A stretch of DNA of 64,000 nt from an uncultured bacterium. GTDB taxonomy: Bacteria; Fidelibacterota; UBA2242; JAFGTP01. The notes beneath the pieces are model-generated. The model was not told where the DNA came from. It saw nothing but the letters and a program-made list of their open reading frames with translations, and did not search any database. Below, piece after piece: positions 28,265-37,765 of this stretch. Numbering within the stretch: the stretch's first letter is position 1; each line of letters begins with the position of its first letter. Made by a program: the position numbers and the translations under genes. The stretch is from the NCBI GenBank assembly GCA_964498725.1, contig CAZCHS010000003.1:17360-81359 (forward strand), given 5' to 3'.

Positions 28265-29464
28265 ATGAAGTATAGAATCTTATTAACAGTCTTATTTTTA
28301 GTCGGATTACTAACGGCGGAAAGTTCTTTTTACACACAAAATGGGTTAGGGATAACTGCCAGTGTGTTGTCTGTAAGATCCCAGGGACTGGGCAATACCG
28401 GCGGTGCGAAGCTGGATTCTATCAGCCTCACCAGTGATAACCCGGCCTTCTGGTATAATTTTTTCACCACTTCGCTGCAGGGATTTATGAATTATTCCAC
28501 ACAAAGTGCAGCAAACCAATCCGGTTCCTTCAGAACATCGGACCTGGGCGGATTCGCAGTGAAATTCCCCGTCGGCGACTACGTCGGGATAGCTTTCGGA
28601 CTAAAGCCGGAATATCGAACCAGTTACCAAACCAGTAATCTTGATTCCGTCAATTTCGACGGTGATATCATCCATTTTTATAATGAAACCAATTATAATG
28701 GCGGTATCAGCGAAGCCTTCCTGGGCCTTGGATACAAGTTCGGTTCCCGCCTGAGTTTTGGCGCCAAATCTAAAATTCTATTTGGTAATTATGATTTTGA
28801 AAATGAACTGGACCGCGGCTATAACGGCGGTATTAACTCCAGGTACAGCCAAAAATTAAAAATGAAAGGGCTGCAAACCGAATTAGGAGTTGGCTGGTAT
28901 CAGAAGGATAATTTTTCTTTGGGAATGTCATACACCCTTCACAATGTTTTCAGTCATGAATCGGATATCAACTATTATTATGGCCCGGATAGTTCAATAG
29001 ACAGCAAAAAAATTAAGCTGCCGGCCAAATTCACCTTATCTTTACAAAAAAAGTTATCAAAACAATTGTATTTTTCATCAGATTTTTATTATTTAGAAGG
29101 CTATTCCGATTTTGTGAATAAAGTGGAATTTTTTAATGATATTAATAGTGATGATTCTTATTTTTTAGGCGTTGGAATAGAAAGAGTCCATTCCGACAGG
29201 ATTTATAAAGATTACTGGAAAAATCTTGATTACAGGTTAGGTGCTTTTTACAGAACCGAACCCTTTTACAAAGGCGATGATCAAATCAGGGATATTGGTA
29301 TTTCCATGGGACTTGGTATTCCGATGAACATGAATCTCAGTAGCTTTGATATTGGTTTTCAATATATAAGCCGCTCCGGTTTTTTAGAGGATGAAATCGG
29401 TAGGGAGTCGATTTATAAACTTAGTTTTGGAATTACAACCGGTGGGCTGTGGTTCCGAAGATAG
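28265..29464 (+). CDS. Outer-membrane beta-barrel-like protein, weakly PorV/FadL-like
   Basis: 399 aa with a signal peptide. The N-terminal VRSQGLGNTGGAKLDSISLTSDNPAFW loosely matches the PorV-family motif seen in 12103 and 33400. Aromatic/Gly beta-strand periodicity alternates throughout. Confidence 0.5.
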   Translation: MKYRILLTVLFLVGLLTAESSFYTQNGLGITASVLSVRSQGLGNTGGAKLDSISLTSDNPAFWYNFFTTSLQGFMNYSTQSAANQSGSFRTSDLGGFAVKFPVGDYVGIAFGLKPEYRTSYQTSNLDSVNFDGDIIHFYNETNYNGGISEAFLGLGYKFGSRLSFGAKSKILFGNYDFENELDRGYNGGINSRYSQKLKMKGLQTELGVGWYQKDNFSLGMSYTLHNVFSHESDINYYYGPDSSIDSKKIKLPAKFTLSLQKKLSKQLYFSSDFYYLEGYSDFVNKVEFFNDINSDDSYFLGVGIERVHSDRIYKDYWKNLDYRLGAFYRTEPFYKGDDQIRDIGISMGLGIPMNMNLSSFDIGFQYISRSGFLEDEIGRESIYKLSFGITTGGLWFRR

Positions 29465-29485
29465 AACAATTATTGAGGAGATGAC

Positions 29486-30769
29486 ATGTTAACTAAATTT
29501 ACAAAACCAATCGTTATGATTTTGCTATCCGTATTTGCGGTAATATTTTTAGTCCAGTGCGTGCCGCCACCGGCCACAGAAACAGGACCCACTGATGCTG
29601 CTGAAGAAACAGAGGAGAAAAAAGATTATGATGCCAGAACCTGCGACCGGTACCTGAGCTTTGCTTATGGCTACTATCAAAATCAGGACTGGCGGGGTAC
29701 TATTAAAAATTATCGCAGAATGATTGAAAATGACTGCGAGGAAGCCTATGCAAAAGATATTTTTTATTATATGGGCAGAGCTTACAGGGAATTAGGAGAA
29801 GAAGACGAAACCTATCTCGATAGTGCTGCTTATACCTATCAGCTTGGATTGGAATATTTACCTTCCAATACAGCTATCAGAAAAAATCTTGCCTATGTTT
29901 ACCGCCTCCAGGGTGAGACCGAAATGGAAATTCGTGAGTATGAAAAGCTGGCCGACAGGGACCCGGACAATATTGATTATTATGAGGAATTGGTAAAGCT
30001 TTATTTTAAAGATGACAGATATGAAGATGTAACCTGGGCGACAGAAAAAATCCTGGAACTTGATCCCGGCAATCAACAGGCGATTAACGACAGAATGCTG
30101 GCTTATCAGAAATTGGGCAAAGACCTGACTGAAGTACAAAAAGAAGCCTGGGAAAAGAATCCTTCTGTCACAAACGGATTGGATTATGCCTCAGCTTTGG
30201 AAGAAAAGAAAGAGTATGAAAACGCGGTGGTTATCCTGAAGAAGGTTACTGCAATGGCTCCCACCAATTATGAAGTCTGGGAAAAGTTAGGCTCTCTCTA
30301 TAAAACTCTGGACGATAAAGAAAACGTAATCAAAACTTATAAACATATTGCGGAGAAATTATCACCCCGGGATTTGGATATTATCGCCAATATTGTGGAA
30401 ACACAACTTGCCCTGACTAAATTTGAGGAAGCCTATGAATGGGCAAAACGCGCTTACCAGATTAACCCTGACTCAAAAACATCTAATAAACTGATGGGAG
30501 ATGTGTATTACCGCGCGGCGGAATATTATTCCGAAGAGGTTGATTTTGAAGACAAACTGGTCTACAAACTGGCCTATGATTATTACAAAAATGCCAGTGA
30601 ACTCGGGGAATACAGTGTGAAAAGCCGGCTGGATTATCTGAAAGAATTCAGAATTCCATCCAGTGAAGACTGGTTTATGAATAAATATGAAACGGGTGGA
30701 AAAGACAGAACTGATTTTACACCGCAAAAAGAATGTTACGACTGGATTGAAGAAAGCGCTTCAAAATAA
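29486..30769 (+). CDS. TPR-repeat lipoprotein
   Basis: 427 aa. The signal ends LVQC (lipobox-like). There are multiple 34-aa repeats of the pattern A-x-x-x-Y-x-x-L-G-x-x-x-x-A-I-x-x-Y-x-K. Confidence 0.7.
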   Translation: MLTKFTKPIVMILLSVFAVIFLVQCVPPPATETGPTDAAEETEEKKDYDARTCDRYLSFAYGYYQNQDWRGTIKNYRRMIENDCEEAYAKDIFYYMGRAYRELGEEDETYLDSAAYTYQLGLEYLPSNTAIRKNLAYVYRLQGETEMEIREYEKLADRDPDNIDYYEELVKLYFKDDRYEDVTWATEKILELDPGNQQAINDRMLAYQKLGKDLTEVQKEAWEKNPSVTNGLDYASALEEKKEYENAVVILKKVTAMAPTNYEVWEKLGSLYKTLDDKENVIKTYKHIAEKLSPRDLDIIANIVETQLALTKFEEAYEWAKRAYQINPDSKTSNKLMGDVYYRAAEYYSEEVDFEDKLVYKLAYDYYKNASELGEYSVKSRLDYLKEFRIPSSEDWFMNKYETGGKDRTDFTPQKECYDWIEESASK

Positions 30770-31224
30770 TGATAAAACAGCTTTACATAGGGGCTGACCA
30801 CGGTGGCGTGGACCTGAAACAAGAATTAATAGATTTTGCGCAGGAACAAGGTATTGCGATACAGAATCTCGGCACTGACAGCCGGGATTCTGTTGACTAT
30901 CCCGACTATGCGAAACGGGTGGCTAAAAAAGTTGCCGAAGACAACAAGGCTTTTGGGGTGGCTATTTGCCGGACTGGTATTGGTGTCAGTATTTCTGCAA
31001 ACAAGGTAAAAGGAATTCGGGCGGCCCTGGTAAGCTCGGAAACGCTGGCGGAATTGAGTCGAAAACACAATAATGCCAATGTTCTCTGTTTTGGCGCGGA
31101 CTTTATTGAACCCGAAATTGCCAAAAAAGCTTTGTTGAAATTTATCACTACCGAATTTGAGGGAGGACGACACGTGCGGCGTGTACAGAAAATGACAGAC
31201 TTGGAGGGTCAAAATGAAATTTAA
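30769..31224 (+). CDS. rpiB: Ribose-5-phosphate isomerase B
   Basis: 151 aa, with the GADHGG and [20 protein letters not shown] motifs of the RpiB/LacAB family. Confidence 0.9.
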   Translation: MIKQLYIGADHGGVDLKQELIDFAQEQGIAIQNLGTDSRDSVDYPDYAKRVAKKVAEDNKAFGVAICRTGIGVSISANKVKGIRAALVSSETLAELSRKHNNANVLCFGADFIEPEIAKKALLKFITTEFEGGRHVRRVQKMTDLEGQNEI

Positions 31225-32518
31225 ATATTTGTCTGCTCAAGACAGTGAAATTCTAAATTCAGTCACAGCTGAATTGGAACGTGAGCGAAACACATTGGAA
31301 TTGATCGCATCAGAAAATTTTGTCAGCCCGGCAGTATTGGAAACTGCCAGCAGTGTAATGACCAACAAATATGCCGAAGGCTATCCCGGCAAACGCTATT
31401 ATGGCGGTTGTTTCGCTGTCGATAAAGCGGAAAATATCGCCCGCGACAGGGTCAGGAAATTGTTTGATGCGGAATATGCCAATGTACAACCTCACTCCGG
31501 TTCACAGGCAAATATGGCGGCTTATTTTTCTTTTCTGGAACCCGGTGATACAATTCTGGGGATGAACCTGGCACACGGTGGTCATTTGACCCATGGCAGC
31601 CCGGTGAATTTCTCCGGAAAACTCTTCAAGATTGTTTCTTATGGTGTGAAAAAAGAAACCGGGAGAATTGACTATGATGACCTGGCACAAAAAGCCAGAG
31701 ACCATAAACCCAAAATGATCGTGGCCGGCGCCAGCGCTTATCCGCGATTTATTGATTTCGCTAAATTCCGTGAAATTGCCGATGAGGTGGGCGCTTTCCT
31801 GATGACTGACATGGCCCATCCGGCCGGTTTAATTGCCGCCGGTCTCCACCCCAGCCCCTTGCCCCATTGTCATGTAGTGACATCGACAACCCACAAAACC
31901 CTGCGCGGCCCGCGTGGTGGCCTGATACTAATGGGCAAAGATTATGAAAATACACTGGGTGTAGTAGCGAGAAAATCCGGCCGTGTCAAAAAAATGTCAG
32001 AGATCATTGATTCCAATGTCATGCCCGGTATCCAGGGCGGCCCGCTAATGCATATTATCGCGGCCAAGGCGGTGGCATTCGGCGAAGCGCTGAAACCTGA
32101 ATTCAAAAGCTATGCGCAGCAAATTATGAATAATGCCAAAGCCCTGGCAGAAGAACTGCTCAGCATGGATTTTCAACTGACATCCGGCGGGACAGATAAC
32201 CATCTGATTTTAATTGACCTTACGAATAAAGATGTTTCCGGAAAGGCTGCTGAAAATGCGCTGGAAGAGGCCGGCATTACCACCAACAAAAACATGGTCC
32301 CCTTTGATAAAAGAAGTCCATTTATTACCAGTGGTGTTCGTATCGGTACTGCAGCCCTGACAACCCGCGGTATGAAAGAAGCTGAGATGAAGAAGATCGC
32401 CGCTTTTATTCACCGTGTGGTTGCCGACCACAAAAATAAAACGGTGCTGGAATCGGTCAGAAAAGATGTGCAGGAACTCTGTGACCAGTTCCCCCTTTAC
32501 CAGGAAATAAGGGTTTAA
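31214..32518 (+). CDS. glyA: Serine hydroxymethyltransferase
   Basis: 434 aa, with [20 protein letters not shown] and the PLP-lysine context [12 protein letters not shown]. Confidence 0.97.
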   Translation: MKFKYLSAQDSEILNSVTAELERERNTLELIASENFVSPAVLETASSVMTNKYAEGYPGKRYYGGCFAVDKAENIARDRVRKLFDAEYANVQPHSGSQANMAAYFSFLEPGDTILGMNLAHGGHLTHGSPVNFSGKLFKIVSYGVKKETGRIDYDDLAQKARDHKPKMIVAGASAYPRFIDFAKFREIADEVGAFLMTDMAHPAGLIAAGLHPSPLPHCHVVTSTTHKTLRGPRGGLILMGKDYENTLGVVARKSGRVKKMSEIIDSNVMPGIQGGPLMHIIAAKAVAFGEALKPEFKSYAQQIMNNAKALAEELLSMDFQLTSGGTDNHLILIDLTNKDVSGKAAENALEEAGITTNKNMVPFDKRSPFITSGVRIGTAALTTRGMKEAEMKKIAAFIHRVVADHKNKTVLESVRKDVQELCDQFPLYQEIRV

Positions 32519-32519
32519 A

Positions 32520-32975
32520 ATGAAGTGCCCTTTTTGCTCCTCTACAGATATCAAAGTCGTTGATTCGCGCTCTGCCCAAAAAGGCAAATCCATTCGCCGC
32601 AGACGGGAATGCAGTGATTGCCACCACCGGTTCACCACCTATGAGCATGTTATCGAAACACCGGTATCTGTGATCAAAAACGATGGAAGCCGCGAGGAAT
32701 TTGATCGCACGAAACTGGAACGCAGTCTCAAGATTGCCTGTAACAAACGTAAGATTTCCTCGGATATCATCGAACACATTATTAAAAACATCGTCTCAAA
32801 AGTCGAAGATGTGGGCAGTACGGAAGTCAAATCTTCTTTCATCGGCGAACTGGTAATGGACTATTTGAAAAAATATGATGATGTGGCCTATATTCGCTAC
32901 GCGTCGGTTTATAAAAAATTTAAAGATATCAATGAATTCCGTGATCAGATCGAACACTTTTCTAAAGACGAATAG
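32520..32975 (+). CDS. nrdR: Transcriptional repressor NrdR
   Basis: 151 aa. The N-terminal zinc ribbon is MKCPFC...CSDC, followed by an ATP-cone. Confidence 0.93.
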   Translation: MKCPFCSSTDIKVVDSRSAQKGKSIRRRRECSDCHHRFTTYEHVIETPVSVIKNDGSREEFDRTKLERSLKIACNKRKISSDIIEHIIKNIVSKVEDVGSTEVKSSFIGELVMDYLKKYDDVAYIRYASVYKKFKDINEFRDQIEHFSKDE

Positions 32976-33013
32976 GAACAAAGCAGGCTGACTTTAGTAT
33001 ATAAGAGGATTTT

Positions 33014-33184
33014 ATGAATAAAGAAATGCTGGACATATTAGCCTGCCCGAAATGCAAGGGGCGGTTGGAACTGAAACCGGATCAATCGGGATTAATTTGC
33101 AGAAATTGCGAATTGTTATTTAAGATTGAAGACAATATTCCGATATTGCTAATAGAAAAAGCGGTAAAGTGTCCGGAATCCTGA
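33014..33184 (+). CDS. Trm112/YcaR (UPF0434) family small zinc-ribbon protein
   Basis: A 56-aa ORF below the track cutoff: MNKEMLDILACPKCKGRLELKPDQSGLICRNCELLFKIEDNIPILLIEKAVKCPES. It has the characteristic L-x-x-L-x-CP-x-CKG ... C-x-x-C ... [FY]-x-I-x-D-x-IP-x-[LM]L pattern. Confidence 0.8.
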   Translation: MNKEMLDILACPKCKGRLELKPDQSGLICRNCELLFKIEDNIPILLIEKAVKCPES

Positions 33185-33354
33185 TTTAACTTGATTTATG
33201 AACTTTTTTGATGTAATTTCGACAAATTTTTAGGAGAAAAACGAAAACGAAACAATTGCTAATTATTCTCTGTATTTTCTAATATCAAATCAATTAAACT
33301 TAAATTTTACATTTAATTTTAGAAAATTTCTGTAAATTCTTTAAATCTTTATAT

Positions 33355-33380
33355 ACCGAATTAATGCATTCGGTTTTTTA
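33355..33380 (+). terminator. Intrinsic-terminator-like hairpin 20 nt upstream of the PorV-family gene
   Basis: ACCGAAT-TAATGC-ATTCGGT is followed by T6. It could terminate the rpiB-glyA-nrdR-trm112 unit or act as a leader attenuator for 33400. Confidence 0.5.
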
Positions 33381-33399
33381 TTACAAGGAGGAATTTTAA

Positions 33400-34623
33400 A
33401 TGAAACGTATATTTTTTAGTCTTGTGATAATTTTTATTTTATTATCCAATGCTTTTGCCAGTAGTGAAGCCGGTGCTATTTGGCTGTTGATCAATCCGGG
33501 CGCCCGTGCCTGTGGTATGGGAGAAGCCGGAGTTGCGGTTGCTGACAATGCCGACGCGACCTATTATAATCCTGCGGGACTGGGCTTTTTAGGCGGCAGA
33601 GAGCTTTCTCTGATGCACGTTCAGTGGTTACCCAACTTGTCTGACGATCTCTATTATGACTTTATTGCCTACCGTCATTATGTGGAAGATGTTGGTACCT
33701 TTGGTGGTAATATTGCCTTGATGAATCTCGGTGAACAGACTGCTACTGATGAACAGGGAAATAATTTGGGAACCTTTCGGTCTTATATGGTCTCCACCTC
33801 ACTTTCATACGGAACCCGGTTGAATCGTACCTCTTCTTTTGGAGGTAATTTTAAAATTATCCACCAGCACTTAACAAGTATGCTGGCGGGTGAGGAAAAA
33901 GGTAGTGGTCAATCAACAAATTTTGCCTTTGATATTGGCTATATGAAAAAAGAATTTTTGCTGAGAAACCTAACGCTTGGCGCAAATATCGCCAATATCG
34001 GTAATAAAATATCTTTTGTCGATGTTGAGCAGGCCGACCCAATGCCTACCAACCTGAAAATTGGCTTGAAATATGATATTTATCGCAAACACAACAAATT
34101 TTCTATTACCTATGATATTAATAAGTTGCTGGTAGCATCTTATCCTGACAGGGACATTGATGGTGATCAATTGGTCGGTGGCTGGGATGAAGACGGTAAT
34201 CGTAATCCCGGTGGCGAATATAATGAAGACGGCCAGCGTGAAGGCGCCCATACCGATCCCTGGTACAAAGCTATATTCACCTCATGGGTCGATGACTGGC
34301 TGTTGGTGTATGATTCCAAACATGATGGTCTGGGCGAAAATGATGAAGACGGCGACACTAATGACGGTTCTCTTTCCAATGAACTTGAATCCCTGGTGCA
34401 CAATTTTGGTGTGGAATACTGGTACAATAGCCAGTTCGCCATCAGAATGGGTGGTATTTATGATAAGGAAGGCGAGATTCGCCTGGATAACGGACTGCCG
34501 ATCCTGACCTTTGGCGCCAGTTTAAGAATTGCCGGCCTGGGAGCGGACTTTGGTTATACCTATGGTGAATCCGGTCATCCCCGCGCCAACACAATGTTTT
34601 TCTCAATCAATATGAAACTGTAG
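33400..34623 (+). CDS. PorV/PorQ-family outer-membrane beta-barrel protein (second paralogue)
   Basis: 407 aa, strong RBS (AAGGAGG) and a signal peptide. The motif is NPGARACGMGEAGVAVADNADATYYNPAGLGF. It also contains an acidic Asp/Gly-rich insert (DRDIDGDQLVGGWDEDGNRNPGGEYNEDGQ...ENDEDGDTNDG). Confidence 0.6.
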   Translation: MKRIFFSLVIIFILLSNAFASSEAGAIWLLINPGARACGMGEAGVAVADNADATYYNPAGLGFLGGRELSLMHVQWLPNLSDDLYYDFIAYRHYVEDVGTFGGNIALMNLGEQTATDEQGNNLGTFRSYMVSTSLSYGTRLNRTSSFGGNFKIIHQHLTSMLAGEEKGSGQSTNFAFDIGYMKKEFLLRNLTLGANIANIGNKISFVDVEQADPMPTNLKIGLKYDIYRKHNKFSITYDINKLLVASYPDRDIDGDQLVGGWDEDGNRNPGGEYNEDGQREGAHTDPWYKAIFTSWVDDWLLVYDSKHDGLGENDEDGDTNDGSLSNELESLVHNFGVEYWYNSQFAIRMGGIYDKEGEIRLDNGLPILTFGASLRIAGLGADFGYTYGESGHPRANTMFFSINMKL

Positions 34624-34649
34624 CATAATATTTAAAGAACTATCACAAT

Positions 34650-37600
34650 ATGAAAAAATATACATTATATATTCTTACAACATTGCTCTTTTGCAATTTT
34701 GCAATAGCCGGTAATATGGTGCCTCTGAAAAAGAGTAATCATTCCCTGACAATGACCCCTAAAAAAGACCTTGATAATGTCCGTATCTGTGCCTTGCGGG
34801 TGGAATTTCAACAAGACGACAACGATGTAACCACCGGGGACGGAACCTTTCTTTATGAAGCGGAAACCGCTGATACGCTGAACAGCCGCTTCAAAGTTGA
34901 TCCGGTGCCTCATAACCGCGCTTATTTTTACGATCATATCCGCTCTTTAGCCAATTTTTATGATCATGTCAGTAATGGCAATCTTACGATCGATCCGGAA
35001 AATTCTGAAGTTTATCCCCTGGAGGATAGTGAAACTTTTACTTTGTCCAGGGAAATGGATTATTATCATCCTTTTTTAGAAGAGGATTCTATTGATGTCC
35101 GTCTGGCTGAACTTTTTGTTGAGGCGGTTACAATTGCCGATGAATCGGTGAATTTTTCCGATTACGACGTGGTGGTGATCTTTCATGCCGGCGTCGGACA
35201 GGACTTCTCCTTTGACCTGGATATTACTCCCTATGACATTCCATCGGCCTATCTGAATGCCGACGATATCAAAAAAGCGATGGGTGATCAACCGGATTTT
35301 CAGGGCATTGCGGTTGATGACGGCAACACCTTTTTGAATGAATGCATCATCCTGCCGGAAACCCAAAACCATACGCTGTATGAACGCTGGGATGAAGTCT
35401 TCAATACTGATAGCGCTTTTGACTATCAGATCGGACTAAATGGTACTTTTGCTTTTATGTTTGGGTTTTACCTGGGAATTCCGGGCATGTATAATACGGA
35501 AACCGGTGACCCCGGGGCCGGACGATGGGAAATGATGGATCAGGGCTCAGTTAATCTGAATGGTCTTATACCGGCTATGCCCAATGCCTGGATTCGTAAA
35601 TATATGGGGTGGATCGATCCTGTGGAAGCCAAAACCAGCACACCGGTAAATCTGGCGCACGGGGAATCCGCATCCGATACTCTGGCCTGGAAAATTCAAA
35701 TTGACGAAGATGAATATTTTTTAGTGGAAAACCGCAATAATTTTCTCCGGCCCGGCTGGAATCTCGACAGTATTCGCAATGCCGAATATGAAGCCGGCCC
35801 GGAAGATGCAAATTTTCCTTCGGTATTACCACTGATTAAGGATTCCATCGACGCCGAGATTTCCGAAGAAACCGGTGTGTTGTTGTCAGTGCCGCGTTAT
35901 GATGTCGGCCTGCCGGGCAGCGGCTTGCTGATCTGGCATATTGATGAGACTGTCATCAATGCCAATCTGAGCACCAACAGTGTCAATAATGACCGTGAGC
36001 GTAAAGGCGTTCATTTGGAAGAAGGCGATGGCGCAGTGGATATAGGATTTCCGGCGGCGAATATGTTCTCCGATGTACACAATGGCTGGGGCTATGATGC
36101 CTGGTTTGCCACCAATGAAGGGTTCTGGGACGTTAATAAAGATTTTTATGAAGAAAATGAAGAATCTTTCGTTGGATTTACTGAATACACCTTTCCCAAC
36201 ACAAACAGCAATGATCGCATGTCTACAGGCATTCGTATCGACAGCATTGGTGCTGCCGGCGAAAGAATGAATTTTTACATTGGGTTTGCCAACAAGAGTG
36301 GTAGTTTTCCTGTTGATTTGGGGTCGGAATTTAAAACCATGACCTTTTGTGATTTTGATGAGGATACCAACGAAGACCTGATCATTGTTTCAGATAAAAT
36401 TTATCTGTACAATGGCTATGGTGATTTGATTGCATCAACCGATTATTTTGAGAATTATCAAACCATTGATAACCTGGAAGTTCTCTATGTTGATGAAACT
36501 ATTTATTTAGTGTTTGAGTTTGGTACCCGCTTGAAAATCCAGACCTATGAGTTGGATGACGATGGCGAAATTTCCCGTGAAGAGGAGATGGAACTGGTGA
36601 ATACGGAAATCACTTCTAATCTGCAATATTATCAAGAAGCATTGATTTTTGGCGCCAATACGGCCACCGGCTACCATCTTGCCCGGTTTCAGGACGATGA
36701 AATGACCTATTATGAGTTTGATTATAAGATAAATAAGATTGGTTTTGGCGAACAAAAATTTTACTATCTGCTGGAAGATGGCCAGGTATGGTCTTCAACC
36801 ATTGAAATTAATTCAATAAATATCAGAGAGTTTGAATTGATTGTGTCTGAAAAGTCGGATAATTTTGCATTGGCCAAATTTCACGATGATCTGACTGACG
36901 CTGTGGTCACCACTGATAGACATCTCTTCTTGATAGAGAACATTTCCTCTGATGACTTTGAAGTTAATAAAATTCCACTTGAATGCCGTTCAAATCCGGT
37001 TATTGCGGACATCAATGGTGACGGCACTAATGATATTGTGGTTGCAACGGCAAATAAAATTTACGCTTTTGACGAAAACTTAATATTGTTAGCCAATTTT
37101 CCTGTTGATATACCCAATCAGTTTCAGGACAATTATTTTGGAGAATCTGTCTATGCAATGAATCTGGATGGCAATCCAAAAAGCCAGGAAATTGTGGCCT
37201 TTATTGAAAATGCAGGGATTATCACTTTTGATCATAAGGGTGATATTTTGTCCCACATGGCAATGATTACACCGCTGGACCGGTTTTCCGGATTATATAA
37301 TCTTGAAGATGAGACTTATTTCCTTTCCATTGGCAATGGACAGATGGATAATGTGATGATCTCAGAAAATAGTCTGACAGAGCAGTCCTGGGGGAAACAG
37401 GGAATTGATAATAATAGCTATTATTATTCCTATCATCCGGTTGCAGATGTACCGGAAAAAGAGGCGCTGCTCAACAAAAAGAAAACCTTTTGCTGGCCCA
37501 ATCCGGTGGAAGAAAATGAAAGTTATATTCGCTATTTCGTGACAGAAGATTGTGATGTAACGGTCAATATTTTTAATATGGCCGGACAGCATGTCAGAAG

Positions 37601-37751
37601 GTTTAACCCATCTGAACCGCAGGTCAACCAGTTCAATGAAATTACCTGGAATGTGGCTGATGTTCAGAGTGGTGTTTATTTTGCCATTGTCAAGGCTGAA
37701 GCGGGCGGGACAACCGAAACCAAAACAGTCAAGATCATGGTGATTAAGTAA
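34650..37751 (+). CDS. M6 (immune-inhibitor-A)-like surface protein lacking the HExxH motif, with an FG-GAP-like segment and a T9SS C-terminal sorting domain
   Basis: 1033 aa. M6-like landmarks are RICALRVEFQQDD, HNRAYFYDHIRSLANFYDHVSNGNLTI, VVVIFHAGVGQD and GRWEMMDQGS...WIRKYMGWIDP. At the position where M6 enzymes carry HEFGH-x-LG-[IL]-P-D-x-Y, this protein reads FMFGFYLGIPGMY. An ADINGDGTNDIVVAT (FG-GAP-like) segment is present. The CTD is WPNPVEENE...VTVNIFNMAGQHVRRF...GVYFAIVKA...VKIMVIK. Confidence 0.65.
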   Translation: MKKYTLYILTTLLFCNFAIAGNMVPLKKSNHSLTMTPKKDLDNVRICALRVEFQQDDNDVTTGDGTFLYEAETADTLNSRFKVDPVPHNRAYFYDHIRSLANFYDHVSNGNLTIDPENSEVYPLEDSETFTLSREMDYYHPFLEEDSIDVRLAELFVEAVTIADESVNFSDYDVVVIFHAGVGQDFSFDLDITPYDIPSAYLNADDIKKAMGDQPDFQGIAVDDGNTFLNECIILPETQNHTLYERWDEVFNTDSAFDYQIGLNGTFAFMFGFYLGIPGMYNTETGDPGAGRWEMMDQGSVNLNGLIPAMPNAWIRKYMGWIDPVEAKTSTPVNLAHGESASDTLAWKIQIDEDEYFLVENRNNFLRPGWNLDSIRNAEYEAGPEDANFPSVLPLIKDSIDAEISEETGVLLSVPRYDVGLPGSGLLIWHIDETVINANLSTNSVNNDRERKGVHLEEGDGAVDIGFPAANMFSDVHNGWGYDAWFATNEGFWDVNKDFYEENEESFVGFTEYTFPNTNSNDRMSTGIRIDSIGAAGERMNFYIGFANKSGSFPVDLGSEFKTMTFCDFDEDTNEDLIIVSDKIYLYNGYGDLIASTDYFENYQTIDNLEVLYVDETIYLVFEFGTRLKIQTYELDDDGEISREEEMELVNTEITSNLQYYQEALIFGANTATGYHLARFQDDEMTYYEFDYKINKIGFGEQKFYYLLEDGQVWSSTIEINSINIREFELIVSEKSDNFALAKFHDDLTDAVVTTDRHLFLIENISSDDFEVNKIPLECRSNPVIADINGDGTNDIVVATANKIYAFDENLILLANFPVDIPNQFQDNYFGESVYAMNLDGNPKSQEIVAFIENAGIITFDHKGDILSHMAMITPLDRFSGLYNLEDETYFLSIGNGQMDNVMISENSLTEQSWGKQGIDNNSYYYSYHPVADVPEKEALLNKKKTFCWPNPVEENESYIRYFVTEDCDVTVNIFNMAGQHVRRFNPSEPQVNQFNEITWNVADVQSGVYFAIVKAEAGGTTETKTVKIMVIK

Positions 37752-37765
37752 TTTGGAGATAATTT

